Source of the DNA: Heterodontus francisci
Taxonomy: Eukaryota
Direction of reading: 5' to 3'
DNA length: 64,000 nucleotides
Assembly (NCBI RefSeq): GCF_036365525.1
Contig: NC_090383.1
Coordinates: forward strand, 120,282,531-120,346,530
Positions 13,096 through 25,287 of the stretch are shown one piece after another (position 1 is the stretch's first letter; each line of letters begins with the position of its first letter). The position numbers and the translations under genes were made by a program. The notes under the pieces are model-generated. The model was not told the origin of the DNA. It did no database searches and saw only the letters and a list, made by a program, of their open reading frames with translations.

Positions 13096-15072
13096 TCTAA
13101 CCAAGTCCCCTTGACGTTGAACAGTATTACCATTGCTGAATCCCCCACAATCAACATCTTGGAAGTTATCATTGACCAGAAACTTAAGTGGACCAGCCAT
13201 ATAAATACTGTGGCTATTAGAGCTGGTCAGAGGCTGGGAATTCTGCAGCGAGTAACTCACCTCCTGACTCCCCAAAGTCTCTCCACCATCTACAAGGCAC
13301 AAGTCAGGAGGTGATGGAATACTCTCCACTTGCCTGGATGAATGCGGTGCCAACAGCACACAAGAAGCTTGACACCATCCAGACATAGCAGTCTGCTTGA
13401 TTGGCACCATTTCCACCACCTTAATCACTCACTCCCTCCACCACTAGCACACTATATCGCTGTTCCTTCACTGCTGATGGGTCAAGCACCTGGAACTCTC
13501 TTCCTAACAGCACTGTGGGTGTACCTACACCAGATGGACTGCAGCGGTTCAAAAGGGCCGCTCACCACCATCTTTTGAAGGGCAATTAGAGATGGACAAT
13601 AAATGCTGGCCTAGCCAGGGACGCCCACATCCCAAGAATCAATAACAAAGACGGCCAAAGACGGCTTTCTTAGCGTGTAGACTCTGGTGAGTGTAGGGAA
13701 GGGTCATTCTGACTGTGAATACCTCCATTCTAACCTTGTTTCCATATCCTCCTCAATAGCGTAATTGGATTCTCATTGGGAATTCCCATTGGGAAGCTCA
13801 TGGCACCATTACAAAGTAGATGAGTTAAGCTAATCGCAAAATTCCTGACTGAAGCATTGAAATACTAAAGACACCAATATTCTGGCAAAGTAACATCAAC
13901 CTTCAATAACTGTACATTAACTGGCCTCCTCAATACACTATTCACTCAGGGATACCTTCCTGCATCTCCTACTATCACTTACATAGTGGTGGTAAGTACT
14001 TGGGACAGAGGTTTGGGGAAAATGGATCAAAGGGTTTAGTCATTTGTATGAGACAGATCAGGCTCCTGACAGACCAGAAAGGGACTGATGGTTTTTGGGA
14101 AGATAATTCAGGTGCAGTTTTGTAGCAACAGGTTTGTGGCAGTAATCCCCAAAACTTGATTTACTCAGTTTAACACCCCAACGCTTTCAATCACCATTTC
14201 GCACCACAACTCCCCCTATCATTGTCTCCAGATGTTACCCACAGCAAATAATAGGCTGATTGGTTTATAGATACCTGACTTATCCCTTTCTCTCCTTTTG
14301 AACTGATCTGCTACGTTGGATCTTTCCAGTTCTCTGGCAATATCTAAGAAAGTTTGATAGACTGTGATTAGAGCCTTCACTATTTCCGCTGGCTTCCCTC
14401 AGAATACAGCCATTAGGCCAAATCCTTCTACCCCTTGTGCACCTCCTTATTTATATACTGTTACTGCTTTATCTATAGTCACCTTAACTATTTGCTTCTT
14501 TTGTATCTGTTCATTCGCTCTATCACACTCTTCTATATAAAAAAACAAGGATTAGGAATGCTGATGAAGTTTATATGGTTATCAAACCACAGGAACGTGT
14601 ACAATTATCATATTTGGTGCTGTTTGATTTTGGTACTCAGTATGACATTCTCAGAATGCTGAGCTCAACTCCTAGGGTAGGACAGTGGTGAATCTGCCCC
14701 TACAGTAGGACACAGCCTTCTTCCTCTTCTCTCCGCTCTCCAATCTATCTACATTGTGTTATTGTATATGTATTGCACAGTGACTCATTGGTTTTCTAAC
14801 TTTCTTAAGCATAGTGTAGTGTGATCTGGTAAAGATACGCAGCCACATTCATCCGAGGAGGCCCAGACGTCTCTACTCCACTTCTCTGCACTGCTGCTCC
14901 TCCCATCTGGAGGCCACTTTGTCACTTTGCCACATTTTAAGCTTAAGCAGCAGATCCGTCAAAATATAAAGTCACCAAGTGGTAGCGTGGATGTAGAAGA
15001 AAGAGAATGTGAATGTTGAATATTCATATTAATTAGTAATTTCCTCCTTTGGTGGTTGAATGCTGGTTGATG

Positions 15073-15469
15073 AGGGTGGAGTAGATGGTGCAGTCACTGA
15101 ACTAGTAATCCAGCAGTCCAGGTAAATGCCAAGGGGTCATGGGTTCAATCCCACCACAGCAGCCAGTGGAATTTAAATTCAACTAATTAGTAAAATCTGA
15201 AATTGAAAGCTAGTCTCTGTAATGGTGCCATGAAACTATCATCGATTGTCGTAAAAACCCATCTGGTTCACTAATGTCCTTTAGGAAAGGAAATCTGTTC
15301 TTTCATGATCTGACTTACATGTGACTCCAGACCCGTGTGGTTTACTCTTAACTGCCCTCTGAAATGTCCTAGCAAGACACTCAGTTGTCAAGGGCAATTA
15401 GAGATGTACAACAAGTACAAGTACAACAAGTGCCAGCAATGCCCACGTCCCAGGAAAGAATAAAAAAAA
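15073..15469 (+). mobile_element. tRNA-derived SINE sharing head and tail with the 31677-34960 LINE
   Basis: B-box-like GGTTCAATCC; body 'aaaaacccatctggttcactaatgtcctttagg'; tail 'tcaagggcaattag...gaataaaaaaa'. Confidence 0.8.
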
Positions 15470-15769
15470 GGAAGAAAGCAAATGTTGTTTTCATTCAGTT
15501 ACTGGAAAATCTACATTGGAGATAGAATTTGTGGGGCCTCCACTATATGGGATATAATGGCCCAGTAATAACTGGACAATCTAACAAATGGGATATGCCA
15601 TGAGATGCTGCACTCCAGCAACTTCTGCTGGAGTGGTCCTTGCCAGAACACCCTGTCCCTCTGTCTTTTCCTACAACTTGTCCTGCAGGCTCCCACCTCC
15701 CAAGAACGAGGTAAACATTATTTCACCACATGAACATTAGAACTTAAAATTGGTGCTGGAAAGAAAAGA

Positions 15770-16515
15770 GGGCCTATCACAAGGAATTGCCGGGCCCCTC
15801 GCCGGAAAGACCTTTTTTGCATACTGGCAGATAGTGTTGGAATAAAGCACCCAGTCCCTGCTTCTCCAATATACAAAAGACCTGGTCAGACCAGTTTAGT
15901 CAGATGACTAACTGGCTATTGGCGTTTTTTGAATTTGAACTTGCCACACAGAATTTTGAACTGAGAAAGCTCTTTGCTCCCAGACTGAGAACATCTCTCT
16001 CCTGCCTGCTCTCAGCTCTTTCTCACGGAACTGAAGACCCATTGAAGACACATGAACCCTAAAAGAGAAAAGTCTCCTACAGTGAACAAGATTTAAGAAA
16101 GGTATTGGGCCCCAATGAAAAGCAAGACTACTTACAAAAGGACTACAGTGAGCTCGAAGCACAGTAACAAGAAACTCTTCTGATATTGCCTCAAACCTCA
16201 CTACTTTATTTTTCTTCTGCTTTTTTCGGTCCTGATTTGTATGTGTGTATCACGTGTGCATGCTAGCATGGGCACGTCATATATCCATAGGCGTTAACCC
16301 AATTAGAGTTTAAGTTTGAATAAATTTCACTTTTCTTCTTTAAACCTGAGAAAACCTGGTGTGCTGGTTTCTTTGCCTTATAATTGGAATCTGTGAAAGG
16401 ATTCACCAAGGGGGAGCTCAAAACACAATGTGTTTAAAAATTAAAACCCTGTTACAATAAGACCAGGTGAAGGCTGAAAGAGACCCCAAGACACCTTTCT
16501 CACCTTTTCGTAACA
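15770..16515. mobile_element. Probable truncated solo LTR
   Basis: Ends in ...CGTAACA (LTR-type CA terminus), contains AATAAA, non-coding; left boundary and TSD not found. Confidence 0.45.
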
Positions 16516-17054
16516 ACCCCCTCTTCATCCCCACAGCACTCCTCATTGTCCAGTTGCTTATCCCTTTCGCAAAACTGGGCATTGTACAGCTGACAGGAAT
16601 GATTTTACATGTCTTTGAGGTCCTGTAGAGCTGTAACCCACCCAAGTGTTTCAGGCAATGGAGTCACTATTTCAGCATCCTATTAATGTGCTTCATAGTA
16701 ACTCAGCTAGTGGCAAGGGCCAGCTATGACGGTGTTTCCTTTCAGTGGGTGTACAGAATTGCTCTGGTTTCTCATGAAGTATCCTTCATTTTCTTGGTTC
16801 CTTTTCAGTGTAGACACTGGGCTGCTGCAGAATTAAAGCAACATGGGTGCTTCCAGATAATGAGTGCAGGTTATTACTGTAGTTTGAAACTATTTACATA
16901 TTAACATAGTGGCCGCTCTGTTCATGTATGATGTGGGGTTGTTATGAGGAACCTAACGGCGGAGTGTATCTGTCTGTGGTTCTCAGGTACTCGAGAAGCT
17001 GGACAAGTGGTCAAAGTTCTGAGCTCCTTCCATTCCACTGGGAAATTGATAACA

Positions 17055-17450
17055 AAAAAGAACTTGCATTTATATAGCAACTTGAACAACCTCAGGATGT
17101 CCCAAAGTACGTCACAGAAAATTAAGTAGTTTTGAGGTGTAGTCACTGTTGTAATGTAGGGAACTGTGACAATCAGTTTCTGCTCAGCAAGCTCCCACAA
17201 ACAGCAGTGAGAGAAATGATTAAGTTATCTGTTTTCAGTCATGTTGGTTAAAGGATAAATGTTGAACAAGACACTGGAAGAACTTCCCTTCTCTTTTTAG
17301 AAAATGCCATGAGATCTTTTATATCAACTTGAAAGGGTAGATGGGTCCTCAGTTTAGTGTCTCATTAAGTATCTTCTGTAAGTCTCTAGAATGGGACATG
17401 AACCCACAACCTTCAAAGGTAAAAGTGCTACCACTGAGCCAAAGCTAGTA
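17055..17450 (-). mobile_element. Decayed DeuSINE-like tRNA SINE with L2-like tail
   Basis: Inverse-homologous to 22845-23075; tail 'aagaacttgcatttatatagca' recurs near 28935 and 50650. Confidence 0.55.
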
Positions 17451-17929
17451 AGAGGCTGTTCCCTTACAAACATAAGAACATAAAAATGTAAGAAGTAGGA
17501 GCAGGAGAGGGCAATTTATAGACTGATTACTTATTGGGGCGGTGGGATATTCCGAACTTTCCCCCCTGAAATTCAGTACTTTTGACCCTCAACCCCTTCC
17601 CACCATCCCCACCGCCAATGGGAAGAGTTTTCCCTGCTCCCCCCACCCTGTAAACTTCACTCCTCCCTCCTCCCCATCAGTGTCACGCCTCCGATCTCGC
17701 AACAGAGATCTGATGGCGCGGGAATTCTGGCCACCGGCTGGAATATCGGTATGGGACGTCCGTCGGGACAAGGTAAGAGCTTTTGCATGCATTTAAAATT
17801 GTTTTAATATTTTAAATGAAGGCTCTGCCGCTGAGAGGCGGTGGGCCACACTGAGGCTTCGCCGTCGCTGGTAATATGGGGCGGGACCTTCTTGGCGTCA
17901 AGGTCCGTGGCGGGCCGCTCTCGCAAGTA

Positions 17930-18950
17930 TTCAGCCTCTCAAGCCTGCCCTGCTATTCAATAAGATCATGGCTGATCTGTCCCAGGCCTCAACTCCTCTT
18001 TCATACCAGCTCCTCATAGCCCTCAACTCCCTGATATTTCAAAAATCTATCTACCCCCTCTTTAAATACATTCAGTGATCTAGCCTCCACAACTCTCTGG
18101 GGTGGAGAATTACAGACATTCACAACCCTCTGAGAGAAGCAATTCCTTCGCATCTCTGTTTTAAACGAGTGTCCCCTTATTCTGTAACTATGCCCCTAGT
18201 TTGAGATTCCCCCACTAGTGGACACATCTTCTCAACATCTACCCTGTCAAGCCCCCTCAGAATCTTGTACGTTTCAATAAGATCATCCCTCATTCTTCTG
18301 AACTCTAATGAATAAAGGCCTAACCTGTTTATCCGTTCTTGATAAGTCAACCCCTTCATCCCAGGAATCAGCCTAGTGAATCTCTTTTGAACTGCCTCCA
18401 ATGCCAGTATATCCTTTCTTAAATACGGGGACCAAAACTGTACACAGTATTCCAGGTGAGACATCACCAACACCCTGTACTGTTGTAACAAGACTTCCCT
18501 ATTTTTAAACTCCAACCCCCAGCAATAAAGGCCAAAATTCAATTTACCTTCTTAATTACTTGCTGCACCTGCATGCTAACATTTTGTGTTTCATGCACAA
18601 AAACACCCAGATCCCTCTGTGCTGCACTTTTTTGAAGTCTCTCTCCATTTAAATAATAGTCTGCCTTTTGACTCTTCCTACCAAAGTGCATGATCTCACA
18701 CTTTCCTACATTAAACTCCGTCTGCCAAGTTTTTGCCCACTCACTCATAGATCGCTCAAAGTTGCCACCCAAGTTAATAGGGTTGCTAAGAAGGCGTATG
18801 GTGTGTTGGCTTTCATTAACAAGGGGATTGAGTTTAAGAGCCGCGAGGTTATGCTGCAGCTCTATAAAGCCGTGGTTAGACCACACTTGGAATATTGTGT
18901 TCAGTTCTGGTCGCCTCATTATAGGAAAGATGTGGAAGCTTTAGAGGGGG
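17930..18950. mobile_element. CR1 LINE fragments (17930-18745 minus; 18750-18950 plus)
   Basis: [30 protein letters not shown] and related RT C-terminal motifs. Confidence 0.8.
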
Positions 18951-20260
18951 TTTAGTTTAGTTTTAGTTTAGAGGTATAGCACTGAAACAGGCCCTTCGGC
19001 CCACCGAGTCTGTGCCGACCATCAACCACCCATTTATACTAATCCTACACTAATCCCATATTCCTACCACATCCCCACCTGTCCCTATATTTCCCTACCA
19101 CCTACCTATACCTCTTCTTTGGCCTCCTTATCTCGAGAGACAATGGATAAGCGCCTGGAGGTGGTCAGTGGTTTGTGAAGCAGCGCCTGGAGTGGCTATA
19201 AAGGCCAATTCTAGAGTGACAGGCTCTTCCACAGGTGCTGCAGAGAAATTTGTTTGTCGGGGCTGTTCCACAGTTGGCTCTCCCCTTGCGCCTCTGTCTT
19301 TTTTCCTGACAACTACTAAGTCTCTTCGACTCGCCATACTTTAGCCCCGTCTTTATGGCTGTCCGCCAACTCTGGCGAACGCTGGCAACTGACTCCCACG
19401 ACTTGTGATCAATGTCACAGGATTTCATGTCGCGTTTGCAGACGTCTTTAAAGCGGAGACATGGACGGCCGGTGGGTCTGATACCAGTGGCGAGCTCGCT
19501 GTACAATGTGTCCTTGGGGATCCTGCCATCTTCCATGCGGCTCACATGGCCAAGCCATCTCAAGCGCCGCTGACTCAGTAGTGTGTACAAGCTGGGGGTG
19601 TTGGCCGCTTCAAGGACTTCTGTGTTGGAGATATAGTCCTGCCACCTGATGCCAAGTATTCTCCGAAGGCAGCGAAGATGGAATGAATTGAGACGTCGCT
19701 CTTGGCTGGCATACGTTGTCCAGGCCTCGCTGCCGTAGAGCAAGGTACTGAGGACACAGGCCTGATACACTCGGACTTTTGTGTTCCGTGTCAGTGCGCC
19801 ATTTTCCCACACTCTCTTGGCCAGTCTGGACATAGCAGTGGAAGCCTTACCCATGCGCTTGTTGATTTCTGCATCTAGAGACAGGTTACTGGTGATAGTT
19901 GAGCCTAGGTAGGTGAACTCTTGAACCACTTCCAGAGCGTGGTCGCCAATATTGATGGATGGAGCATTTCTGACGTCCTGCCCCATGATGTTCGTTTTCT
20001 TGAGGCTAATGGTTAGGCCAAATTCATTGCAGGCAGCCGCAAACCTGTCAATGAGACTCTATACTAGGGGCAATTTATAACGGCCAATTTACCTACCAAC
20101 CTGCAAGTCTTTTGGCTGTGGGAGGAAACCGGAGCACCCGGTGAAAACCCACGCAGACACAGGGAGAACTTGCAAACTCCACACAGGCAGTACCCAGAAT
20201 TGAACCCGGGTCGCTGGAGCTGTGAGGTTGCGGTGCTAACCACTGCGCCACTGTGCCGCC
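18951..20260 (-). mobile_element. tRNA-derived SINE (HE1/V-SINE-like), split by an RTE insertion
   Basis: Minus strand starts ggcggcacagTGGCGCAGTGGttagc (A-box) with GGTTCAATTC (B-box); (CTAAA)n tail at ~18951-18970. Confidence 0.8.
19112..20058 (-). mobile_element. 5'-truncated RTE LINE
   Basis: ORF 19165-19986 is nearly identical to the C-terminus of ORF 51272-54463; 6-bp TSD CTATAC (19106-19111, 20059-20064). Confidence 0.92.
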
Positions 20261-20954
20261 CATGTTGCCCTCTCTCGCAAGTATTTTACGGGTCCCCCCG
20301 CCATGACCATCGCGTCGAGGGGCTGGTTAGGTTCAGCCTATTAGATCAGATGACCAAAAGCTTGGTCAAAGAGGTAGGTTTTAAGGAGTGTCTTAAAGGA
20401 GGAAAGTGAAGTGGAGAGGCAAAGAGATGTAGGGAGGGAGTTCCAGAGTCTGGGGCCTAGGCAACTGAATGCACGGCCACCAATGGTGGAGCGAATAATA
20501 TTAGGGATGCTCAAGAGGTTGTGAGAATGGTGGGAAGGGGTTAGAGGCCACATGTTAGGAGGTTGGCGGGGGGAAAGTTTGGAAAGGGAATAAAGTTGTT
20601 TCTGACATTAAGTGCCACTTAAATGACCACGGGGGGCGGGGGCGGTGGGTGGTGTTGCGGAAGAGCCTCCATCACAAAATGTTTTATTCAATAAAAACTT
20701 TAAATATTAAATTTGTCCTGAAGGGCTTAAAGCACTTTAAACATGGCTCCAGTGCCTGCACGGTGGCGCCAGATGCTGTTGCCAGAGACGCATCGGAGCG
20801 GCCACTCCGCCCCCCCACCTTCGTCCCCCCCCATTTAAATGAGTCACCGCGCGTAATATTGCAAATGCTCAGCGACAGCTGCTGAATGTAGGCACATCGC
20901 TGTGTTCAAAGGGTGCAGCTGCGAAGAGCAGCGCCCAAATAAAATTCAGGCCAT

Positions 20955-22735
20955 TGTCTTCACATCTCAGCAATTATTGAAAAATTGCCCCTAACATTGT
21001 CTTCTCTGCCTCCAAGGTAAAGATGCCCTACAACTAGTAAAGAAATACAGCCGAGTTCTTCTACTCCTTCATTCAACTTCCTGAAGCAACAGACCTTTTT
21101 CTATTGTAATATTATGCAGAACACAGCAAAGTAGAATGATTCCTGAAACTAGGCTGTATTGATTCCTGCTTTTATTGTTGGTCTCAAACAGATCTATCCA
21201 GCACTTAAACTGGGACCTGAGAATTCCTATGGTCTGTTCTATGACACTTTGTATAGTAACATGGGCCATAGTGTCTGATTCCCAGCCCGCAGCAGTGCTG
21301 GAGTTATGAACCATGAATGTAAGCTTTCTGAGGCACAAATGGTCTTGGTTTGTAAACTCTGGTGAGTGTGTAAACCGTGGCTCGGAGTCAACTCCCCCTT
21401 GGCCCCTTTATTCCCTTCACTCACTTGATCCTGGCCGTCACGTGGGACTAAGTCCTCTTTATTCAGGCTCAGGCTGGGTGTTTGGGATATCGGGGTTACA
21501 GGAGAGCCACCCTCCACCTAATCCACTGGCTACGGTTAATGGCTTAGTACAAAGAGGAGGAAACTCAATCCTTTCTTTAACTATCAATTTACTTTATTCA
21601 CGTTGTTGTACAATGTAAGAATAAGGCTTATACACTCGGTTTGACAAAAGCATGCAACTCAAACTGGGTTATGCAGTTAATAACAAAGCTAACTAGAATC
21701 AATAAGCACACCCACTAGGTTCCTCTGACCTTTCCCTGACCTAGTCACAGAAAACAAAGGATAATACCCGAAAAAGGGGAGAGCTGATGCTGGACAGGCG
21801 TTCCGTTCTCTCTCTCTTTTACGTCATCGACGCTTTGCTCATGCAAGGTCTTCCACTTCCGCGATGGTTGGTCTCCGGAGTTTCTCACTGGCTCTATGCC
21901 TGAGATTCTCCATACTTATTCTCCTTCTTATCTCTTCAAAACTGTGCTGTCTCTTTCCTGTTGGTTTAGGCCTGCTCACCTCGTTCGTATCTTCTCCTTA
22001 TTGGCCCAGGCCCAAAGACTCCGGTATCACACCGTGTCCAAATAAGGCTCTATTCCTGTGAACTCTCCCTTGTCTGTCACATAAATTAATTCGTTCAAAC
22101 TGGTTTTTACCAGCACAGGCCAGTGTCTGAACTCAGGTTACTTTAGTTTACAAGCAATCCAACAGTGTCTGAGCTCAGGTTACTTTAGTTCATAAGCTAT
22201 GCAACAGTTTGGAACAGACTCTGTATTTCTTGCAGCCCCCGGCCAACAAGTGTAGGGAAGGGTCATTCTGACTGTGAATACCCCAATTCTAACCTTGTTT
22301 CCATATCCTCCTCAATAGCGTAATAGGATTCTCATTGGGAATTCCCATTGGGAAGCTCATGGCACTAATACAAAGTAGATCAGTCAAACTAATATCATAA
22401 TTTCTGACAAACATTGAAATACTAAAGACACCAATATGCTGGCAAAGTAACATCAACCTTCAATAACTGTACATTAACTGGCCTCCTCAATACACTATTC
22501 ACTCAGGGATACCTTCCTGCATCTCCTACTGTCACTTACATAGTGGTGGTAAGTACTTGGGACAAAGGTTTGGGGAAAATGGATCAGAGGGTTTAGTCAT
22601 TTGTATGAGACAGGCTCCTGACAGACCAGAAAGGGACTGATGGTTTTTGGGAAGATAATTCAGGTGCAGTTTTGTACCAGTAGATTTGAGGCAGTAACCC
22701 TCGAGAACTCAATTTACTCTGTTTAACATCCCAAA
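20955..22735 (-). mobile_element. Harbinger transposase fossil, copy B, split by a solo LTR
   Basis: IEQTIGILRSQFKCWID...IILLCCVLHN; direct duplicate of copy A. Confidence 0.65.
21369..22248 (-). mobile_element. Solo LTR (880 bp)
   Basis: TG...CA termini (TGTAAAC...CCAACA); 4-bp TSD AGTG (21365-21368, 22249-22252); the empty site 'ctctggtgagtgtagggaag' is present in copy A at ~13682-13701. Orientation inferred from minus-strand AATAAA near 21595. Confidence 0.85.
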
Positions 22736-22844
22736 ATGGATGATAATTCAGAGGAAATCACACAACAAATCATCACAAATCAGACTAAAAGCAGCAACAC
22801 ACAGAAAGAGGAAACCAACACTTCCATTTGCTCCGAATGTCAGT

Positions 22845-23075
22845 TGTTAGCACTGTTATATCTGAGTTATAAAGTCCCAGGTTCATGTCCTACTCGGAGC
22901 TTCAGCACTAAAATTAAGGGAATGCTGCAGTGTCAGCAGTACTGTCTTTCTGATGAGAAGTTAAACCAGGGCCCCATCTGCTTGTTCAGCTGGATATAAA
23001 AGATCCCATGGTGCCACTTTGAGGAAAAGCACAGGAGTTCTCCCTGGTGTCCTGGTCAATATATATCCCTCAATC
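22845..23075 (+). mobile_element. DeuSINE-like (SacSINE1/SINE3/AmnSINE-type core) SINE
   Basis: 'ctgtctttctgatgagaagttaaacc...aaagatcccatgg...ctccctggtgtcctgg' resembles the Deu-domain core as I recall it. Confidence 0.6.
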
Positions 23076-25287
23076 TTAGTTATTTATGGCACAGCAGGAG
23101 GCCATTCAGTCCAGGGAGTCCATGCTGGCTCTCCACAGAGCTATCCTGTCAGTCCCACTCCCCCGCTCGATCCTCCTAGCCCTGCAAGTCTATTTCTCTC
23201 AGGTGACCATCCAACTTCCTCGTCTCCACATCCACCACCCTTGTGGGCAGCAAGTTCCAGGTCATTACCACCCGCTGTGTAAAAAAGTTCTTCCTCACAT
23301 TCCCCCTGCATATTTTGCACAAAATGTTTAATCTGTGTCCCCTAGTCCTTTTACCATTAGTTAATGGGAGCAGTTTTTCCTGTCTAACCTATCTAAACCT
23401 GTCGTAATCTGTTACCTCTATTAATTTTCCCCTCAATCTCCTTTGTCCTAAGGAGAACAAATCCAGCTTTTCCAAATTAACCTTGTAACTAAAATCCTCC
23501 ATCCCTGGAACCATTCTAGTAAATCTCCTCTGCACGCTCTCAAGTACCCTCACGTCCTTCCTGAAGTGTGGTGACTAGAATTGAACACAATACTCCAGTT
23601 GGGGTTTAACCAGAGCTTCATAAAGATTCAACATAACTTCTCTGCTTTTGTACTCTATGTCTCTGTTTATGAAGCTCGAGATCACATATACTTTACTAAC
23701 CACACTCTCAATATGACCTGCCACCTTCAAAGATATATGCACATGCACCCCCAGGCCCCTCTGTTCCTGCACACTTTTTAGAACTGTGCCATTAAGTTTA
23801 TCTTGCCTCTCCCTATTCCTTCTGCCAAAATGCATCACTTCACATTTGTCAGTATTAAATTCCATCTGCCACCTCTCTGCCCATTCTGCTAGCCTATCTG
23901 TGTCCTGTTGCAGCCAGTTCACATCATCCTCACTGTTTGCTGCATTACCAAGTTTGATGTCATTGGTAAATTTTGAGATTCTAGTCTGTATTCCAAGATC
24001 CAAATCATTTATATATAGCAAAAAAAAACAGTGGTCCAGCACTGACCGTTGAGGAATACCACTGTTTATCATCCACCAGTCTGAAAAACAGCTATTTACG
24101 ATGACTTGCTGCTTTCTGTCCTTACACCAATTTTTAAAATTAATTGTACACTGGCCCTTCTATTCCATGAGCTTCAATTTTGTTAACCAGCCTTTTATGT
24201 GGTACCTTATCCAATGCATTCTTCAAATCCATATAAACAACATCCACCGCATTCCCTTCATCAACCTTCTCTGTTACTTCATCAAAAATTCAATTAGATT
24301 AGTCAAGCATAATCTGCCTTTTACAAATCCTGTTGGTTCTCCTTAATTAATTTGAACCTCTCCATGTGTCTGCTGATATTTTCACTGATTATTGTTTCTA
24401 AAACCTTACTCATCACTGATATTAAACTAACCGGCCTGTAGTTACTAGGACTGTCCTTACACCCTGTCTTGAATAAGGGTGTCACATTTTCCACTCTCCA
24501 ATCCTCTGGCACCTCTCCCATATCCAGGGAAGATTGGAAGATTATGAAAAGGCCTTCCACTATCTCCATCCCCACTTCCTTTAGCAACCTGGATGCAAGC
24601 CATCTGGACCAGGTGACTTATCTACCCTAAGCATAGCCAGCCTTTCCAGTACATCCCCCCCTTTCAATTTTTACCCTATTCATTGCCTCTACTCGCTCTG
24701 CTTCCACTGATATTTTGTCAGCTTCTATTTTCTTGGTGAACACTAATACAAAGTATTCATTACGTATATTAGCCTTGTCCTGCACCTCGAAGCATATATT
24801 ACCCTCTTTGTCCTTAATAGACCCTACTCCACCTCTTATTACTTGCTTACTATTTACATCGGGTTCCCTTTTATGTTGACTGCCATTCTATTTTCATGTG
24901 TTCATTTTGTCAGTCTCATTTTCCTCTTCACCTCCCCTCTCAACTTATTGTATATGGCCTGGTTCTCACTTCATGATTTCACCTGACATGCAGCAAACAC
25001 CCTCTTTTTTTTTGTTTCATCATTATCTCTATCCCTCATCATCGAAGGAGTCCTGTTATTAGTTCCCTTACCTTTCACCCCTGTTGGAATGTACCTAGCC
25101 TGTACCTGAAGCACCTCTTCCTTGAAGATAACCCATTGTTCCAATACAGTTGCTCCTGTCAGTCTTTGGTTCCATTCTATTCGGACTAAATCCCTTTTCA
25201 ATGCATTGAAATTAGTCCTCTTCCACTCTAGACATTCTACCTTATTTGGTTCCTTGATTTTCTGCATTACTAGTTTAAACTTTATGT
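23076..25287 (-). mobile_element. Decayed CR1 LINE ORF2 (continues at ~26995-27184 and 27656-27720)
   Basis: SGIPQRSVL..., NYRPVSLIS..., EYCVQF and ILGDFN remnants. Confidence 0.8.

Larger units (their letters stand above)
10771..13650 (+). mobile_element. 3' part of the 31677-34960 LINE family (10771-11262 plus 13096-13650)
   Basis: Collinear with ~33750-34950; ends in the shared tail 'agggcaattagagatggacaataaatgctggcc'. Confidence 0.8.
10330..14180 (-). mobile_element. Harbinger transposase fossil, copy A (10330-10770 plus 13665-14180), split by nested retroelements
   Basis: IEQTTGILKSQL...IILLCCVLHN resembles the HARBI1 C-terminus; both halves align with 20955-21368 and 22249-22735. Confidence 0.65.

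Noticed and set aside
16686-16904. ORF containing AGYYC as a possible V-domain remnant
   Set aside because: No correctly spaced first Cys/Trp, no D-x-A/G motif, no J motif, no matching splice sites.
20190-20260. tRNA-like sequences here and at 31680-31765 as tRNA genes
   Set aside because: A/B boxes continue into SINE or LINE bodies and tails; these are retroposon heads.
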